A stretch of DNA of 63,603 bases, counting the filler, from Kipferlia bialata (lineage: Eukaryota), in NCBI GenBank assembly GCA_003568945.1. It is 7 parts of 6 records of this genome, joined end to end, with 100 filler letters (N's around TTAATTAATTAA, not from the genome) between each part and the next. Parts side by side here need not be neighbours in the genome. Positions count along the whole stretch, not along the records: positions 38,225 to 45,375 come from BDIP01001056.1; positions 45,476 to 52,813 come from BDIP01001057.1; positions 52,914 to 55,506 come from BDIP01001060.1; 4 more parts are not named here. One strand, given 5' to 3'. The position numbers were made by a program, and so were the translations under genes. This document shows positions 41,501 to 55,426 of this stretch, piece after piece (the first letter of the stretch is position 1; each line of letters begins with the position of its first letter). The notes under the pieces were generated by a model, which did not search any database, was not told where the DNA came from, and worked only from the letters and a program-made list of their open reading frames with translations.

Positions 41501-42067
41501 GAGAGAGAGTGATGGAGAGGAGTTCACTGCTGTGGAGACGGTGGGAGACGCTGACAAGGTGGCCATATACGATGCCATGGGGGTGGACTATGAGGCAGAT
41601 ACGGTGCTGTATGCACTGACAGCCACCAACGCACAGCCTGATGAGGGCACGGCAGACGAGGGTGCGTACCACTTGGTGGGGGTGGCAGCTGAGGACGTGG
41701 CAGACTACGCAGAGCAGGTGGGGTGTGCTAGATGTGTATGATATATGTTTGTAGATACATATACTACTAAACACCTGTATACCCTGACCCCCTAGGTCAT
41801 CACCATCACGGCCTGTGCCCTGCTGGATGGCCTCATGGACACAGGGCTGCCATTGACAGACAGGTGGGGTGGGGTGGTGGATGTATATATGTATGAATGT
41901 ATGCATAGTGTTTGTATTAGTAGTAGCTGGATACCCCTGACCCCCAGCGACACCTTCTCTCTGTACATCGACGCCAACTACACCGACCCCTCTGCCGAGA
42001 CAGAGACAGAGCAGGACGAGACGGCCATGGACCTCTGGGGGCTGGCAGCGGCATTCGACCCAGGTGG

Positions 42068-42098
<31 letters not shown>

Positions 42099-44770
42099 CC
42101 TACATTTCCATGAACACCCTCCCCCCCTCTCCCCCCAGGGTATGACGGCTGGCAGTGCCGGTCTGTGGATGTGCCGTGTCAGCACCCCTCTCTGTACCAG
42201 GAGGGCACCAGGGACATCGAGTTCTGGGTGCATCTCGAGTACTCGATGGAGGTATCGGTGTCAGTGTGACACACTACCCTGTTGTGTATACACCTCGTTT
42301 CTCCTTCCATGCATAGGACAGTGTATGTACTCTCTCTCCCTTCCCTCTATGTATATACACTGTACATGCCTCACCCTCCCAGGCCGAGGACGGTGTGACC
42401 TACCCCTCTGTGCAGTTTGTGTTGGCAGATGTGTCGATGGGAGCACTCAACTACATACAGGACCCGTACTTCAATGACTGGTACGGGATGTATATACATG
42501 TGTATACTCATTGAGATTGATACCCTACCTCCACTCTCTCTGACGCCCCAGGTATGTAGAGACTGAGACCCCCTCCTCCTACGCTGTCTATGGGGCTGCA
42601 TGGCTGGAGAGGGCCACCGGGGATGGTGTGCTCATCACACCCACAGACGTGTCTCTGTCCGGCATCCAGCAGAGTGTGTACATCACACACACAGACGACG
42701 GGGCTGATATATGTGGGCTGGAGCTGCGGTGAGTGCAGTGGCATATCTCTCTCTGTATATTGATATATATACATGTATACCATACCCCTTACCCCCAGTG
42801 CCTGTGGCGACTGGCCTGTTATCCATGCGGACTATGTCGACAGTGTGCTGGCATTTGCCCTGTATGCAGACATCAGATACAACGATGACACCTGGTCCTA
42901 TGGGTGGATACAGTCATTCGACAGTGACTGCGTCAGTATGCTGCTCCCAGGTGAGGGTGTATTCACACACATCTATGTTCAAACATCTCCTTCTCACCCA
43001 CCCCCAGGCGTGTCCCCTGACAACGACGCTGCGTATGTGACTGGGGTAGAGGTGCACGCCCTGTCCAATGGGGCCATGACCCAATACAGGGTGTACGACC
43101 TGACCCTGTCCCCCATCATGACAGGCGCCACCCTCTGCTCCTCCATACCGGCCAAGACAGCACTGGCCTCGGGGGACCCCCACCTGCAGACTCTGATGGG
43201 GCACTACTATGACTACTTCACTGATGGGGACAGTCTGCTGCTGGAGGCACCGCTGGGGGACAGTGACAGGGTGAGGGTAGAGATGAGAGCGAGGGCAGTG
43301 GCCACAGAGGCAGTGGAGGTGGAGCCAACCATCAGGTAGGGGTGTATGGATGTGAGTGGATTGTGTGTACGTGTGCTCATACCCCCTCCCCCCTCTCACC
43401 CCAGCACCGCCGTGTCCATCGGGTGGGATAGTCCTGACTACACAGCCATGGCCCTGGCAGCGATAGAGGGCATGGCCTCATACGACTCAGTGGTGGCTGT
43501 GGACTGTCAGGTATGGTGTATGGGGGGTATGTCCTGTATGGTTGTGATACTGATACTGTCCACTTGTTCATCTTACCCCCAGGGCGAGTCCCCTACCGTC
43601 ACATACAATGGAGACACCATTGACCTGGATGTCACCTCACACACGGTGGGGTCAGCCGTGCTAGGCGTCACAGGGTACACAGACCCAGGTGGGTGGTGGT
43701 GTATAGTTCTATGTATAGTTAGATAATTAGTATATAGTTATACACCCACACCTTGAGAGACACCTGCCGTTTACCCCCAGACACCTACTCCGAGACCACC
43801 ACTGCCACTGTAGTGCTGTATCTGTCCCTGGCTGTGTCAGGCCTCACCATAGACATCAGCGTCAACAGGTGTGTGGGGTGTATAGTGTGTATATGTACTG
43901 TATGTGTGTGTCATGTAATTCATCCCCCTCCTCCTCTGACCCTAGGTCCACCAGTGGCATCCTCTATCTGGACACAGGGGCTGCGGCATCCACTGTATTC
44001 CTAGACAATGCACAGGTAGGGGGTGGTGCTGTACGTGTGTGTGTGTGTGTGTCTGGTGCTACCTAATACCTCCCCCCCCCACCCCCACCTCAACTCAGGG
44101 GCTGTGCACAGGCTGCTTTGGCACGTGTACCTCCCTGGATGCTGACACCGCCTATGTGACAGACACCGTCCAGACAGGGGGTGCCCTGCTAGACACATCC
44201 TCCACCATGCTCCCCACCCTGTCGACATCCACCCTACCCACCCTGACACCCCTCACAGAGGACGAGGCCACCACTCTCTGTGAGGCAACGGGGCTGGAGG
44301 ACGATGCACTCACATCGTGCATATACGACGCAATGGTGCTAGGTACGATGTGGATATTGTTTTCAGTGACCCACTCTGTATATACACTATAGCCGTCTCT
44401 CACCCCAGGCGAGGTCCCCCCATCCTCCACCTTCACTGCCTACTTCTCGTCCACCAGCAGTGCCCTGGGGACTGACCCAGTCGATGAGCCAGACGACCCT
44501 GACGACACCACATCCACCACCGACTGGTACTACATTGGGGGGGCCACCCTCACAGCCATAGGAGTGCTGGTGGGGGGGGCCTACTACCTCAGTGGGGCCG
44601 AGGAGAGGCGGCGCAAGGGCGGGTCTGTGTCGAGGAGGAGAGGGGGCAAGAAGGGGAGGAGGCACAAGAGACTGGCCAACTCCACCTTTGCCAAGGCCTC
44701 CAAGGACATAGACACGAAGGGCATAGACTCGAAGCAGAGGCTGGAGGCAGAGAATGCCGCAGTGCTCTAG
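38288..44770 (+). CDS. Large Cys-rich type-I membrane protein with two von Willebrand factor type D domains (5'-partial)
   Basis: CKATGDPHYRSYKGLRYNYYG...YGLCGRFSDDHSDLTLPDG...SW; a second ASGDPHLQTLMGHYYDY...GLC; both followed by C..C..D helical motifs. Hydrophobic segment WYYIGGATLTAIGVLVGGAYYL is followed by a basic tail and TAG at 44768-44770. Confidence 0.82.
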
Positions 44771-45093
44771 ATGATGATGATGACGATGATGATGATGTAC
44801 AAGAATTCCACAGAAGACAATAGATATCTATCTAGATATCTGTGTTTGGCCTGATAGCAGTTGCATCTATTACAATGACCGAGGAGCCACTTGGTCGAAT
44901 GTTTTCTGACACTCTATGAATGGATGAATGCAAGGTAGATGCTGAGAATAGGAAGAATCGAGTTGTTACTGTGTTGCAAGTCGAAAGGATCTATTGCTCC
45001 GCTGTGTTGCAAGTCGAAAGGGGTGTAGCGGGAATATAATATCGATCTTCCTTTGCACTCTTTTTCTCTAGAACACTCACCCCTCCGTCAAGG

Positions 45094-45228
45094 ATGGTCA
45101 TCCTCTCTGACCCCTCCTGTATCACCATTGAAGATGGGGCTGGAGGAGAGAAGCGTATCTTAGCTGCTAAGGCCTTCAAGAGAGGGGATGTGGTGTTGCA
45201 GGAGAAACCAATGCTGCTGCTACCCAAC
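45094..45228 (+). CDS. SET-domain (SMYD-like) protein, first exon only
   Basis: IEDGAGGEKRILAAKAFKRGDVVLQEKP resembles the SET-N motif G.GR.L.A...F..G.V.L.E.P and is followed by a GTAAG donor. The contig ends shortly after. Confidence 0.65.
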
Positions 45229-45475
45229 GTAAGTGTACACGTGGTCTCTGTCTCTCTCGTACAGATTCATGTGTTACCGAATTATTGTATAGTTGTTCTG
45301 ACAAGCGCTTACCACCTATCAGTGCCATACCCCCTCCTCCCCCCCCCCCCCCCCCCCCCCCCCCTGTCTTTCCCCNNNNNNNNNNNNNNNNNNNNNNNNN
45401 NNNNNNNNNNNNNNNNNNNTTAATTAATTAANNNNNNNNNNNNNNNNNNNNNNNNNNNNNNNNNNNNNNNNNNNN

Positions 45476-45560
45476 AGATCCAAAAAAGTCGCATGCGACG
45501 TCGCACCAAAATGGGGCTAGTCGCAAGATTCTTGGGGTGCGACGTCGCATGCCAACCCTA
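45476..45560. mobile_element. Probable terminus of a hAT-like DNA transposon or MITE
   Basis: Ends ...TGCCAACCCTA (reverse complement TAGGGTTGGCA, a hAT-type TIR) with repeated subterminal GTCGCA/TGCGAC motifs. It sits at a contig break and the other end is not visible. Confidence 0.5.
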
Positions 45561-45661
45561 ATCAGCATCTAATCCTTCGTCTTCAGACTAGAGTGAGAAT
45601 CCGTGAGTACAAGATAGTCGTTAGCCGGTAATCACCTCTTTGCGTTCGGACCATTGACATA

Positions 45662-46863
45662 ATGTCAGAGCTCCCCTACCCCTTTGTCACTATGGGTACT
45701 GTCCACCCGTATCCAGGCTATATAATGAGAATGGTTGCTACAACCCCCAGGCACGTATTCGTTCTGAGACAGGACGGGTCTGGGAACGCACTCTGCTCCG
45801 AGATCCACGTCAGTACAATGGGAGAGATCATTGAGCACCAGTTGGGTCCCGTTCCTCAGAGACTCCCTTCTCTGTCACGCATGACTCTGAGGCAGAAACT
45901 GGTGGGCATCTCAGGAATGATATACACCGGTGGTTACGTCTATGTGTCTGCGCATGGCCATACATATGTACGTTGCTGCGGTTGACACTGGAGAGTGGCT
46001 GGATCTAGACATTGGGCTCGACACCCAGTCACCCCCTCCATTTGTGTACGACGATCACGTGTGCCGTCTCGTCCGGGTCAAAGAGCCAGGCACATCTCAC
46101 CCAGGGGTCCCCTGGGCCAGGGGAGCTCAGTAGAATGCAGAGCCTAGTCCATAATGGGACTGACGCACTCTGGGAGGACTGGCCATCGACTGAGGGAAGC
46201 CACAATATTACTCTGGATGTGGGGCTGATGCACAACTCTAGAGAGGGTGCTGACTATCCTGAGCTTGTTCCCACTGTAAACGCCGACTGTGTGGTATCCC
46301 ACGGCTTTGGGGCAACGGCCAATGTTCACTCTGATCTCACAGACCACACCTATCTCTGTGACATACATAGGACGTGTGGCTGGGCAACCCCAGTGAGAAC
46401 GCCGCTTGAAACTGTCCTTGTTGGAGCTACTGACCGTCTGCTTCTCTTAAGGATTAGCGCTGGACGCCTCTATCTCTATGACACTGTGTCTCAGGAGTTC
46501 TGCAGAGACCAGCACTGGGATAGACAGGAGGCCTCCATGCTTACATTGGACTGTTTCAGCTTCCGTGGGCAGTCGGCATATCTCTCCTCGACAGAGCTCC
46601 TTGTTGTTGGTCACCAACTTGATACTGATCTTCTGATTGTCAGGTGTATGAACCCAGCTTTACTCTACTCCGCCGCATGCGGTGGTGACTGGGATACTAT
46701 TCCCCCACTGTCAGTGCTGTGTGATGGGGACAAGAGCTTTGACAGGGACGAGGATCTTGATGCTGATGCAAGATACGGCAGGGACGGGGGTGGGGCAGGA
46801 TTCTGGGGAGAAGAAGAGAACAGGGGAGAGTATTATGATGCAGACGATGGATACTTCTGGTGA
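45662..46863 (+). pseudogene. Intronless, apparently twice-frameshifted gene (possible beta-propeller-like repeats, acidic tail)
   Basis: Coding-like sequence runs through three overlapping frames (45662-45985, 45930-46133, 46012-46863) with no typical intron signals at the switches. Confidence 0.4.
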
Positions 46864-47251
46864 AAGATGAGACTTAGATATCGAGGGAATAGAGTACGGA
46901 GTAGATATATCAACTGGGCAAAAACTTGCTAAATTCCGGCAAAATGGTAATGAAAAGTAGTTACATAGATGAGACGTTGTGTATCGGGTACTTACAGATA
47001 GGAACGTGTATGTAATGGTAATGTCGGGGTTTCGTAGAAGCCGTTTCGTCTTAACAACGACACTCAACTGTCATGCGAAGGAAATACCAAGTACAGACGC
47101 CGAGCTCTATTGACACCACACCCATTCAGACTAAAGATAACACAAAACACCAGAAGAGAATACAAACACAAATGGGGGTGGTATAGTGGCAAGGGTCTCT
47201 CTCTCTCTCTCTCTTTCTCTATCTCTCTAGTATCTCTCTTTCTCTATCCCT

Positions 47252-49438
47252 CTAGTACACATCAGTCCCCACCACCTCCTCCAGTGCACGTCTGGTCTGC
47301 ACAAGCATGTCGCTGATGCTGGTGACCTGGGGTTAGATCGGATACACTATAGGTACACACACAACTATAGATGTATACATGCTGGGTAAGCATGTCGCTG
47401 ATGCTGGTGACCTGGGGTGAGTACAGAGAGAATATAGAATGTATAGAACATTATTGTCGTCCTTCCATATCTGTCACTAACATATATATATATATAGACT
47501 AAACTATACATATACACTACATACCTGGTCACTCGAGTACTTGATGTGGTCGTCCTTCCACCAGTACAACAAGCACATACAAATATATATATATATTAGG
47601 AGAGAGACTAATGCCTATATATATACCTGGTCACTCAAGTACTTGATGTGGTCGTCCTTCCATGTAGTCCCACTCAGCACACTGTCACTCTGCCTCTCCC
47701 GCACACGCTCCATCTCCTAGGGGTTAGACACATACATACATTTATGCATATATATATACACACATATATATATGGGTGTCTCTCCCGCACACGCTCCATC
47801 TCCTAGGGGTTAGATATTTAGACAAACAAAAATCTATGGTTTATAATATTGATAGATGCGTGTGTGTGTGTAATTTATAGCGTATGAATGTGTACCTTGA
47901 ATGACCCTGTCTCGAGCTGTCTCTCCAGCTGCTCTACCTTGCTCTCCCTGTCTGCACCTTCCTCCCGCATGGCACCTAAGGTAAGGGGTATATACAGTAT
48001 GATAGATATAGTGTATAATATCATGCATAATATCATATATATATATGTGTGTGTGTGTGTAATCTCCACGTCTGCACCTTCGTCCCGGACGGCACCTCAG
48101 AGGTGAGGGGTATATGCTTTGACACACACACATATATATATACTATAGAAAGACCAGATTAACGTCACTTGGGGGTTCGGCGTACAGATACACTCACACA
48201 GTGTGATATACATACTATATGCACTATATATAAACACCATACCTATCTCGCGTTGCAGGGCACCGATGCGTCTGAGTAGCACGGCAGTCTCACTCTTGGT
48301 GTCACCTGGGGGTGAATGAGTGTGGGCGGACCAAAACTATTGTGTCTATATGGATGTATACACACACCCAGGTCCGACAGGCACTGTGCCTGCCACCAAT
48401 GTACATACAGAGTATAATGTACACCACTATTCAGGTATATACCTAGGTCCGACATGCACTGTGCCAGTCTCATCTGCTGTAGGTGGGTGTCAGCCTGGTC
48501 CTCACTGGCCACGGTCCTGGGGGGTAAGATACTCGGGATAATGTATGTGTGGAACACTATATAATGTGCTTGTACTCAATTCAATTGACCACAACTCTAT
48601 CGTGAGTATATGGAGTCGCAATGCATACCTGTACTTGGCTGCCGTTCTCTTGGACTGCCTCAGTCTCTCGGTGTCCTCCTCCAGCACAAGCTCAAACTGA
48701 GGGGTCAGTAACAGTGGGAACACTAATATATATGTATATATACATATATATGTATATTTAAAACTACATATGCCATTGATGTCCTCTTATAGCACTGTTT
48801 ATATACACTATATACCTCCTCCCTCTCTGCCTGTCTCTCCTCCACAGCATGTGTCAGCTCTATCACTGTGGTGTGTAAGGCACTGGCCATGACCTCATCC
48901 CTGGCCCTGGTGGCTAATATGCTCTGGATGTTAGGTTATATGTGTACATAGATGTATATATATGTACCTCTGGGGATTAGGGTTTGTATACACATATGTA
49001 TATAAACATATGACCTTATCTCTGTCCCATGTACCCCATATAATTATATGCACACATATGCATCTTACTATATTATTATACTATGCATATTTTTTTACCA
49101 CTCAATAAGTACAAGTATATCTTCCTCTACCTCGCACCACCACCTCCTCTCTGTCTCGTACTAAGCATACAAATGTATATATAAATAGAAAGAGAGGGAG
49201 AGACTATATAACCATGTCTCACCTCGCACCACTGCCTGCTCTCTGCCTCATGTACCCCATATATATCACCACATATGTACTATAGTATCAACCCTTACCT
49301 CGCACCACTGCCTGCTCTCTGTTTCATGCACCCCCACCCTGGCCAGGAACTGTTGGAAGACAGATATGATGAGAGAGGCCTCCTTCTGGGTGGGGGTCCG
49401 CTTCCTAGTGACGTCCTGAAGACCTAGGGGTGAGGGGG

Positions 49439-49489
<51 letters not shown>

Positions 49490-52400
49490 GCCTCCTTTTG
49501 GGTAGGAGGCCTCTGTCTAGTGACATCCTGAAGACCTGGGGTAAGGACGGGTACGCATGTATACAATAAACTGCGTAGAAAGATCAGTATTATACCTCTG
49601 ATGAGCTGCACCAAGTCTCTCTTCCTGAGAGGTGTAAAGGGGGGCAGGAGGGAGAGAGCATCGTCGGAGACAGTCTCATCAGGACTGGGGGAGGGTTCAT
49701 ATGTGTACTTCCTCTCTCCCTCTCTCTCCCCCTCCCCCTCTCCACTCTCTAGTGCAGTGTCAGTCTCTGAGACCTCACCCCCCTCAACCTGCATCACACT
49801 CACTACCCTACCCGCAGTGCCTGTACTGGCAGTGGAGGCACCCCCCTCTCCTTCCCCTCCCTGGCTGAGAAGGGAGGGTAGGAACACAGAGACAGAGGGT
49901 ATACGGGTCATGGCACCATCCTCCTCTCTCTCCCTCTCTGATCCTGTAGAGCGAGAGTGAGAGGGAGAGAGGGAGACAGACCGCGAAACGGTGCGGGTGC
50001 GAGACTCGGAGCGTCTCTCCGCTGGGGACACCGTCCTCTCTCTCTCTCCGTCTCTCTCTCTCTCCTCACTCTCCCTACCCCTCTCCTCCTGTATAGTAGT
50101 CTGACCCCACAGGGAGGGAGTGCCAGGGAGAGACAGACCAGCCACATAGCCGCTGCCCCAATCACCCTCCCCATCCCTCTCTCTCTCTCCCCCCATGCCT
50201 AGGGTATCAATGAAGGCACGCATCTGCTCCTGGGAGTCACTAACCCCCTTGCTACCCTTGCTGGAGTGGCCGAAGGGTAGAGGGGGGAGGGCAGAGGTAG
50301 ATCCTGCCCCAGAGGCAGAAGGGGAGGGAGATGATTCATTAACCCTCTCCACACTATCTCTCTCCCTCTCATTCTCTCTCTCCCCCTCCGTCTCCACACT
50401 AGCAGAGGCCCCTGAGACATCAGCAGATGCATCCACTACCCCCCTGTCCCCACTGTCATTGTTAGAGAGGGCAGGACTCTCTGAAGGTCCACTCTCTCCC
50501 TCCCTCTCTGTCTCTGTCTCTCCCTCTCCCCCTGTCTCCCTCGCCTCACTGCCGACAGCAGATGCAGAGTGAGAAGACTCCATGGCATAGCGAGATTCAG
50601 AGAGTGTTTGCTCCCGATACTGTGACTCAGTCTCCTCAGTCTCCTCATAGACAGGTGAGGCATCCTCTCTCTCCCCCTCTCTCTCTCCCTCTCCCTCTTC
50701 CCCTCCGAACCCAAAGATACCCCCAGCCCCATTCTGCACCACACTGCTAGTACCCCACACTGAGTCAGGCACACCCTCACTGGAGGCATCTCTACTCAGG
50801 GTGACCTCTCTCTCTCTGCTCACAGTCTCAGTGCGTGCACTACTCTCTCCCTCTACACTCCCTACACTCTCTGTACTCCTTAGGGTCTCTCTAGACCCTC
50901 TAGTCTCTCTAGTCTCTCTAGTGTCTGCCCCCGGTGGTCTACTTGTCACAGAGGCCATACTACTGTGCATATCTAGCAGAGCCCTCTCCATGGCACTCTC
51001 TCTCTCCCTCTCTCTCTCCCTATCTCCAGTATTGTCAGATACTGTACCCTCCTGACCATCTAGGCCCTCCCCGAAGCTGGGCTCAGTACCAGCCCTGAGG
51101 CAGGCCTGGGTGTGAGTACAGGTAGAGAGAGAGCCAGATGTAGAGAGATACACCTTGATACCTGTGGCGTGTATGCCATGTAGGGCATTGATGGCAGGAC
51201 AGCAGGGGATGGGGCATATACAGGGGCACTACTAGACGGTATAGATGGTATGACCACACTCCCCGGTGGCACAGGTGCAGCCCCAGACACTGTGGGTGTA
51301 TCCCTCTTCTCGTCCAGTATCCTCTTACCCAGTGAGGCCAGGAACTGACTCAGAGTGTCATTGCTAGTGGCACTCTCTCCCTCCTTCTCCTTGCCCCCCT
51401 CCCTCTCCCTCTCCCTCTCCCTCTGGTCGAATATCATCAGGGGTGAGTGTGTGGTCATGATGGAGGGACGGGCAGGGGGTCTGGTGGGGGAAGACACCTC
51501 AGCAGCAGGGGTAGGGGCAGCAGCAGGGGGGACTTCTCTCTCCACCTCTCTCTCTCTGTGTATCTCTCTCTCCTGGTGAGTGGGAGGCATAGCTCTCGAC
51601 CCCTGCCGCCTCCCCCTCTCCCTCCCTCTCTCTCTCCCCCCCTCTCTCTGTGTGGGCTGGGGCTGCGCTGGGGGGTGGGGAGAGTACATCGCCTGGGGGG
51701 CATGCACTGGTTCGGCCGCTCTCTCTCTCTCCCTCTCCATGTCTCCCTCTCCCCCTGTCTGGGTGGGTACCTGTGTCGTCAGATACATAGACACTGCCGC
51801 AATGTATCAGAATACTACATAATCACAGAACCCTACCTGCCCTGTCACGAAGAATGACATGTCCTCTCTGACCCACTATTCCTTAACCCATTACATGTAT
51901 ATGTGTATGTGGCCACACACTAGATATACATATAAATATAAATACATGAGTATACACACCTGCCCCGTCATGAAGAATGACATATCAGGTGCCGCAGAGT
52001 CCAGGTGCCTCTCTCTCTCCACCTCAGCGTCTCTCTCTCTCTCTCTCTTGGTCTCCAATGGGGGTTGAAACTCCACACTCATGCTGGGTCCAAACATACC
52101 CCCTCCCTCCTGCTCCCCTACCCCTGCCAGGCCCATGCGCCTCTCCACCACTAGTAGCTCTCTCTCCCACTGCTGTCTCTCCCTGGGATCAGTGTCATAC
52201 ATACATACACATAAATTGCACATACACTACTCTTTGTACATGCATCAGTGGTCTATGCATGCTATATCATATTAGACAAAACTGTCATTTTTCCTATACA
52301 CATTACATACCTGTCCCCCCACAAACACTGGAAATATACAATTATAACATATATATATGTACATCCACACTCTATACCTGTCCCCCCTGCGTCTCTGCAG

Positions 52401-52735
52401 GGTAGTGACATTAATACATTCATTGTATATATACCCTAGTATTGATACTTGTATCAGTAGAGGTATATATATACACATTACAAATACCTGTCCCCCCTCC
52501 GTCTCTGCAGGGCTGCTGCGATATCCCTCTGTTGTCTCTCTGTGATGCTGGAGTTGTATGCCAGGGACAGAGACCCCAGGCCACACTCGGTGCTCATAGC
52601 CACAGCCATGGCGGCCTGGGAGTGGGTCCACAAACAATATTTCTACATATAGAATTTAGATTATACAATGATTACTCTGTGTACATATACCTTTGATGTC
52701 CTGAACCCCATGCCGTTCCTGTCCAGCGAGAGAGC
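47252..52735 (-). CDS. Large low-complexity (E/R/S/G-rich) protein with C-terminal coiled coil, 5'-partial
   Basis: Two long exons (about 49.6-51.1 kb and 51.15-51.77 kb) plus short phase-compatible exons ending VTSISDMLVQTRRALEEVVGTDVY*. Confidence 0.75.
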
Positions 52736-52913
52736 CTGGGGGTGAGAACAGAAACACTGAACGAGAGGGGGGGGGGGGGGGGGAAAAAAAAAAAAAAAAC
52801 AAAAAAAAAAAAANNNNNNNNNNNNNNNNNNNNNNNNNNNNNNNNNNNNNNNNNNNNTTAATTAATTAANNNNNNNNNNNNNNNNNNNNNNNNNNNNNNN
52901 NNNNNNNNNNNNN

Positions 52914-52956
<43 letters not shown>

Positions 52957-52982
52957 GTATATATATGTATACCTTACCCCAG

Positions 52983-53184
52983 ATGTCAACATGGAGTTGA
53001 TGAGCAGCACATTCGACCTGTCCAACTACCCAGACGTGTACTCAAGGTATATACTGTATGTATATATACATACACTATTTACACTGTAATCAAGTGAATA
53101 ATACATCATATATTATGTAGAGTTGAGAGTATCTTCGACCTGTCCAGCTACCCAGACGTGTACTCAAGGTGAGTCAGTCTCTCT

Positions 53185-53220
<36 letters not shown>

Positions 53221-54114
53221 AGACCCTTATATTCAGCCAGTGCATCGCTGTCTCTGCATATGCAGTTGACCCCTCCGTTGAGGCCTTCTGCTCTGTTGAA
53301 CTGGTCCTGTCTCTCTTTGAGGCATGGCCCACGGCCCAGTACTGCATACTGACTATGCCTAGGTACATATATAGTGTAGTAAGTGTATAGTATATATATA
53401 TTTAGAGAGAGAGAGAGAAAAAGAGAGGGAGAGAGAGAGGGGGGGTCTCTGTTTGAGGCATGGCCCACTGCACAGTACTGCATATTGACAATGCCTAGGT
53501 ACTTAGACTACTATACTACACTATATGTATATCTATATATATCTATATATATCTATATATATATTGAGAGAGAGAGAGGGATGTCCCTGTTTGAGGCATG
53601 GCCCACGGCACAGTACTGCATACTTACAATGCCTAGGTACTGTTACTGCTATACCACACTATTATATATATACATACATATAGGGAGAGAGATTGGCAGA
53701 GAGAGAGAGGAATGTCTCTCTTAGAGGCATGGCCTATTGTACAGTATTGCTTACTGACTATGCCTAGGTACATATTGAGCAGTATAGTGTAGTATGTATA
53801 TGAGTGCATTCCTCCTAACCTTCAGCGAGGCCTCTCCTGATATGACCCTCCTCCAGTACTCTATTTCTCTGTCCCCCTCTACTAGTAGTATAATATAAGT
53901 ATATATATATACACATATGCGAGACTATTCTGTGTCTCACCTTCAGTGAAGCGTCCCCAGATATGACCCTCCTCCAGTGCTTTGTGCCCATCCCCCTCAT
54001 GTCACCAGACAAGCCTCTGGAGGTATGAAAAGAGTGTGTAGTATTATACTCCATTAACTCATATACTCTTATTGATTTGAGGTATGAGGTATCTTGTGCC
54101 CTTTGCTACCTCAG

Positions 54115-54161
<47 letters not shown>

Positions 54162-54371
54162 GCTCTCTCTCTCTCTCTATCTCTTCCACTCTCTCTTCGT
54201 CCCTTACCATCAGGCCTGTTACATTGCCCCCAGGTTCAGTTTCAGGGCACCTGCCTCCCTCACACTCTGTCCAAGCCAGGTATGCATGTCTCTCTCTCTC
54301 TCTCTCTCTCTCCCAATATATATATATATACCACTCCTTACCCATAGGCCCTTGAGGATGGCCAGCCCAGG

Positions 54372-54410
<39 letters not shown>

Positions 54411-54500
54411 GTGTGTGTACATATCTGTGTATACATTTATATTGGTGACTAACCCTTAGGCCCTTGAGGATGGCCAGCCCAGGAACATCCCCCCTCCCCC

Positions 54501-54531
<31 letters not shown>

Positions 54532-55426
54532 TATATTGTGGTGTGTGTGTGTATGTATTATTACTGTGTATACCCCTCATACCCAGGCCCTGGAGGATGG
54601 CCAGCCCAGGAACCTCCCCCCCCCCCTCTCTCTCTCTATATATATATGTATATACATACCCCTTCTCATTGAATATCTCATGTATAGGCCCTTGAGGATG
54701 GCCAGCCCAGGTCTCTCTCTCTCTCTCCCTCTCTCTCTATATGTGTGTATATACCCCTCCTTACCCCCAGGCCCTGGAGGATGGCCAGCCCAGGTCCGAC
54801 AGGGACACCCAGGATGACTTCCAGGAGTGTGTCAGACTATTGGAGGTACAGTATAGTGGATAAATATATATACATGTATGTGTATGTGTGTCTTATATAT
54901 CCCTTACCCTCAGGAGGCCATCTACAGTGAGGGCCAGGGAGGGGAGGACGAGTCAGATGCGTCAGGTAATGGTATACTGTATATGAGAGTATTTCTCTCT
55001 CTCTATGTATATATAGACAGAGAGGCAGAGAGATTGAAATAGGGGGCCAGGGAGGGGAGGACGAGTCAGACGCCTCAGGTACAGAGTAGAATATACATAT
55101 ATATACAAATATATATGAATATACTCTTTATATCATGGATCGAGAGAGATTCTATTTTGAATATTGTCCTTCTCTCACCCCCAGGCGCTGTCTACACCCT
55201 TTCATATATTTGTACTGTATTCTCATTACATGTATGTACACTGCATACATTATCTAATCCTCAGGTGCCGTCTACACCCCCTTAAATATATGATATGTAT
55301 ATATACGGTATTGGTATTATACATATACTGCATACATCAATAATGCAGTATTATCTAATCCCCAGGCGCTGTCTACACCCCCTTCAAGCTCCCAGTCAGA
55401 CACAGGGAGGTGTACGATAACGATAG
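52983..55426 (+). CDS. Internal fragment resembling the CFAP61/FAP61 N-terminal region
   Basis: DVNMELMSSTFDLSNY...CIAVSAYAVDPSVEAFCSVELVLSLFEAWPTAQYCILTMPSEASPDMTLLQCFVPIP...ACYIAPR recalls CFAP61 (VN..LL...FDL; AFCI.LFCID..YE..S.DF....F..F....FCVI.LP...PE..L...FV...LYVFHR). Assignment is from memory only. Confidence 0.55.

Noticed and set aside
52765..52813. Poly-G/poly-A runs at contig ends (also 55467-55504) as retro-element tails or telomeres
   Set aside because: Typical low-quality sequence after homopolymers at contig termini.
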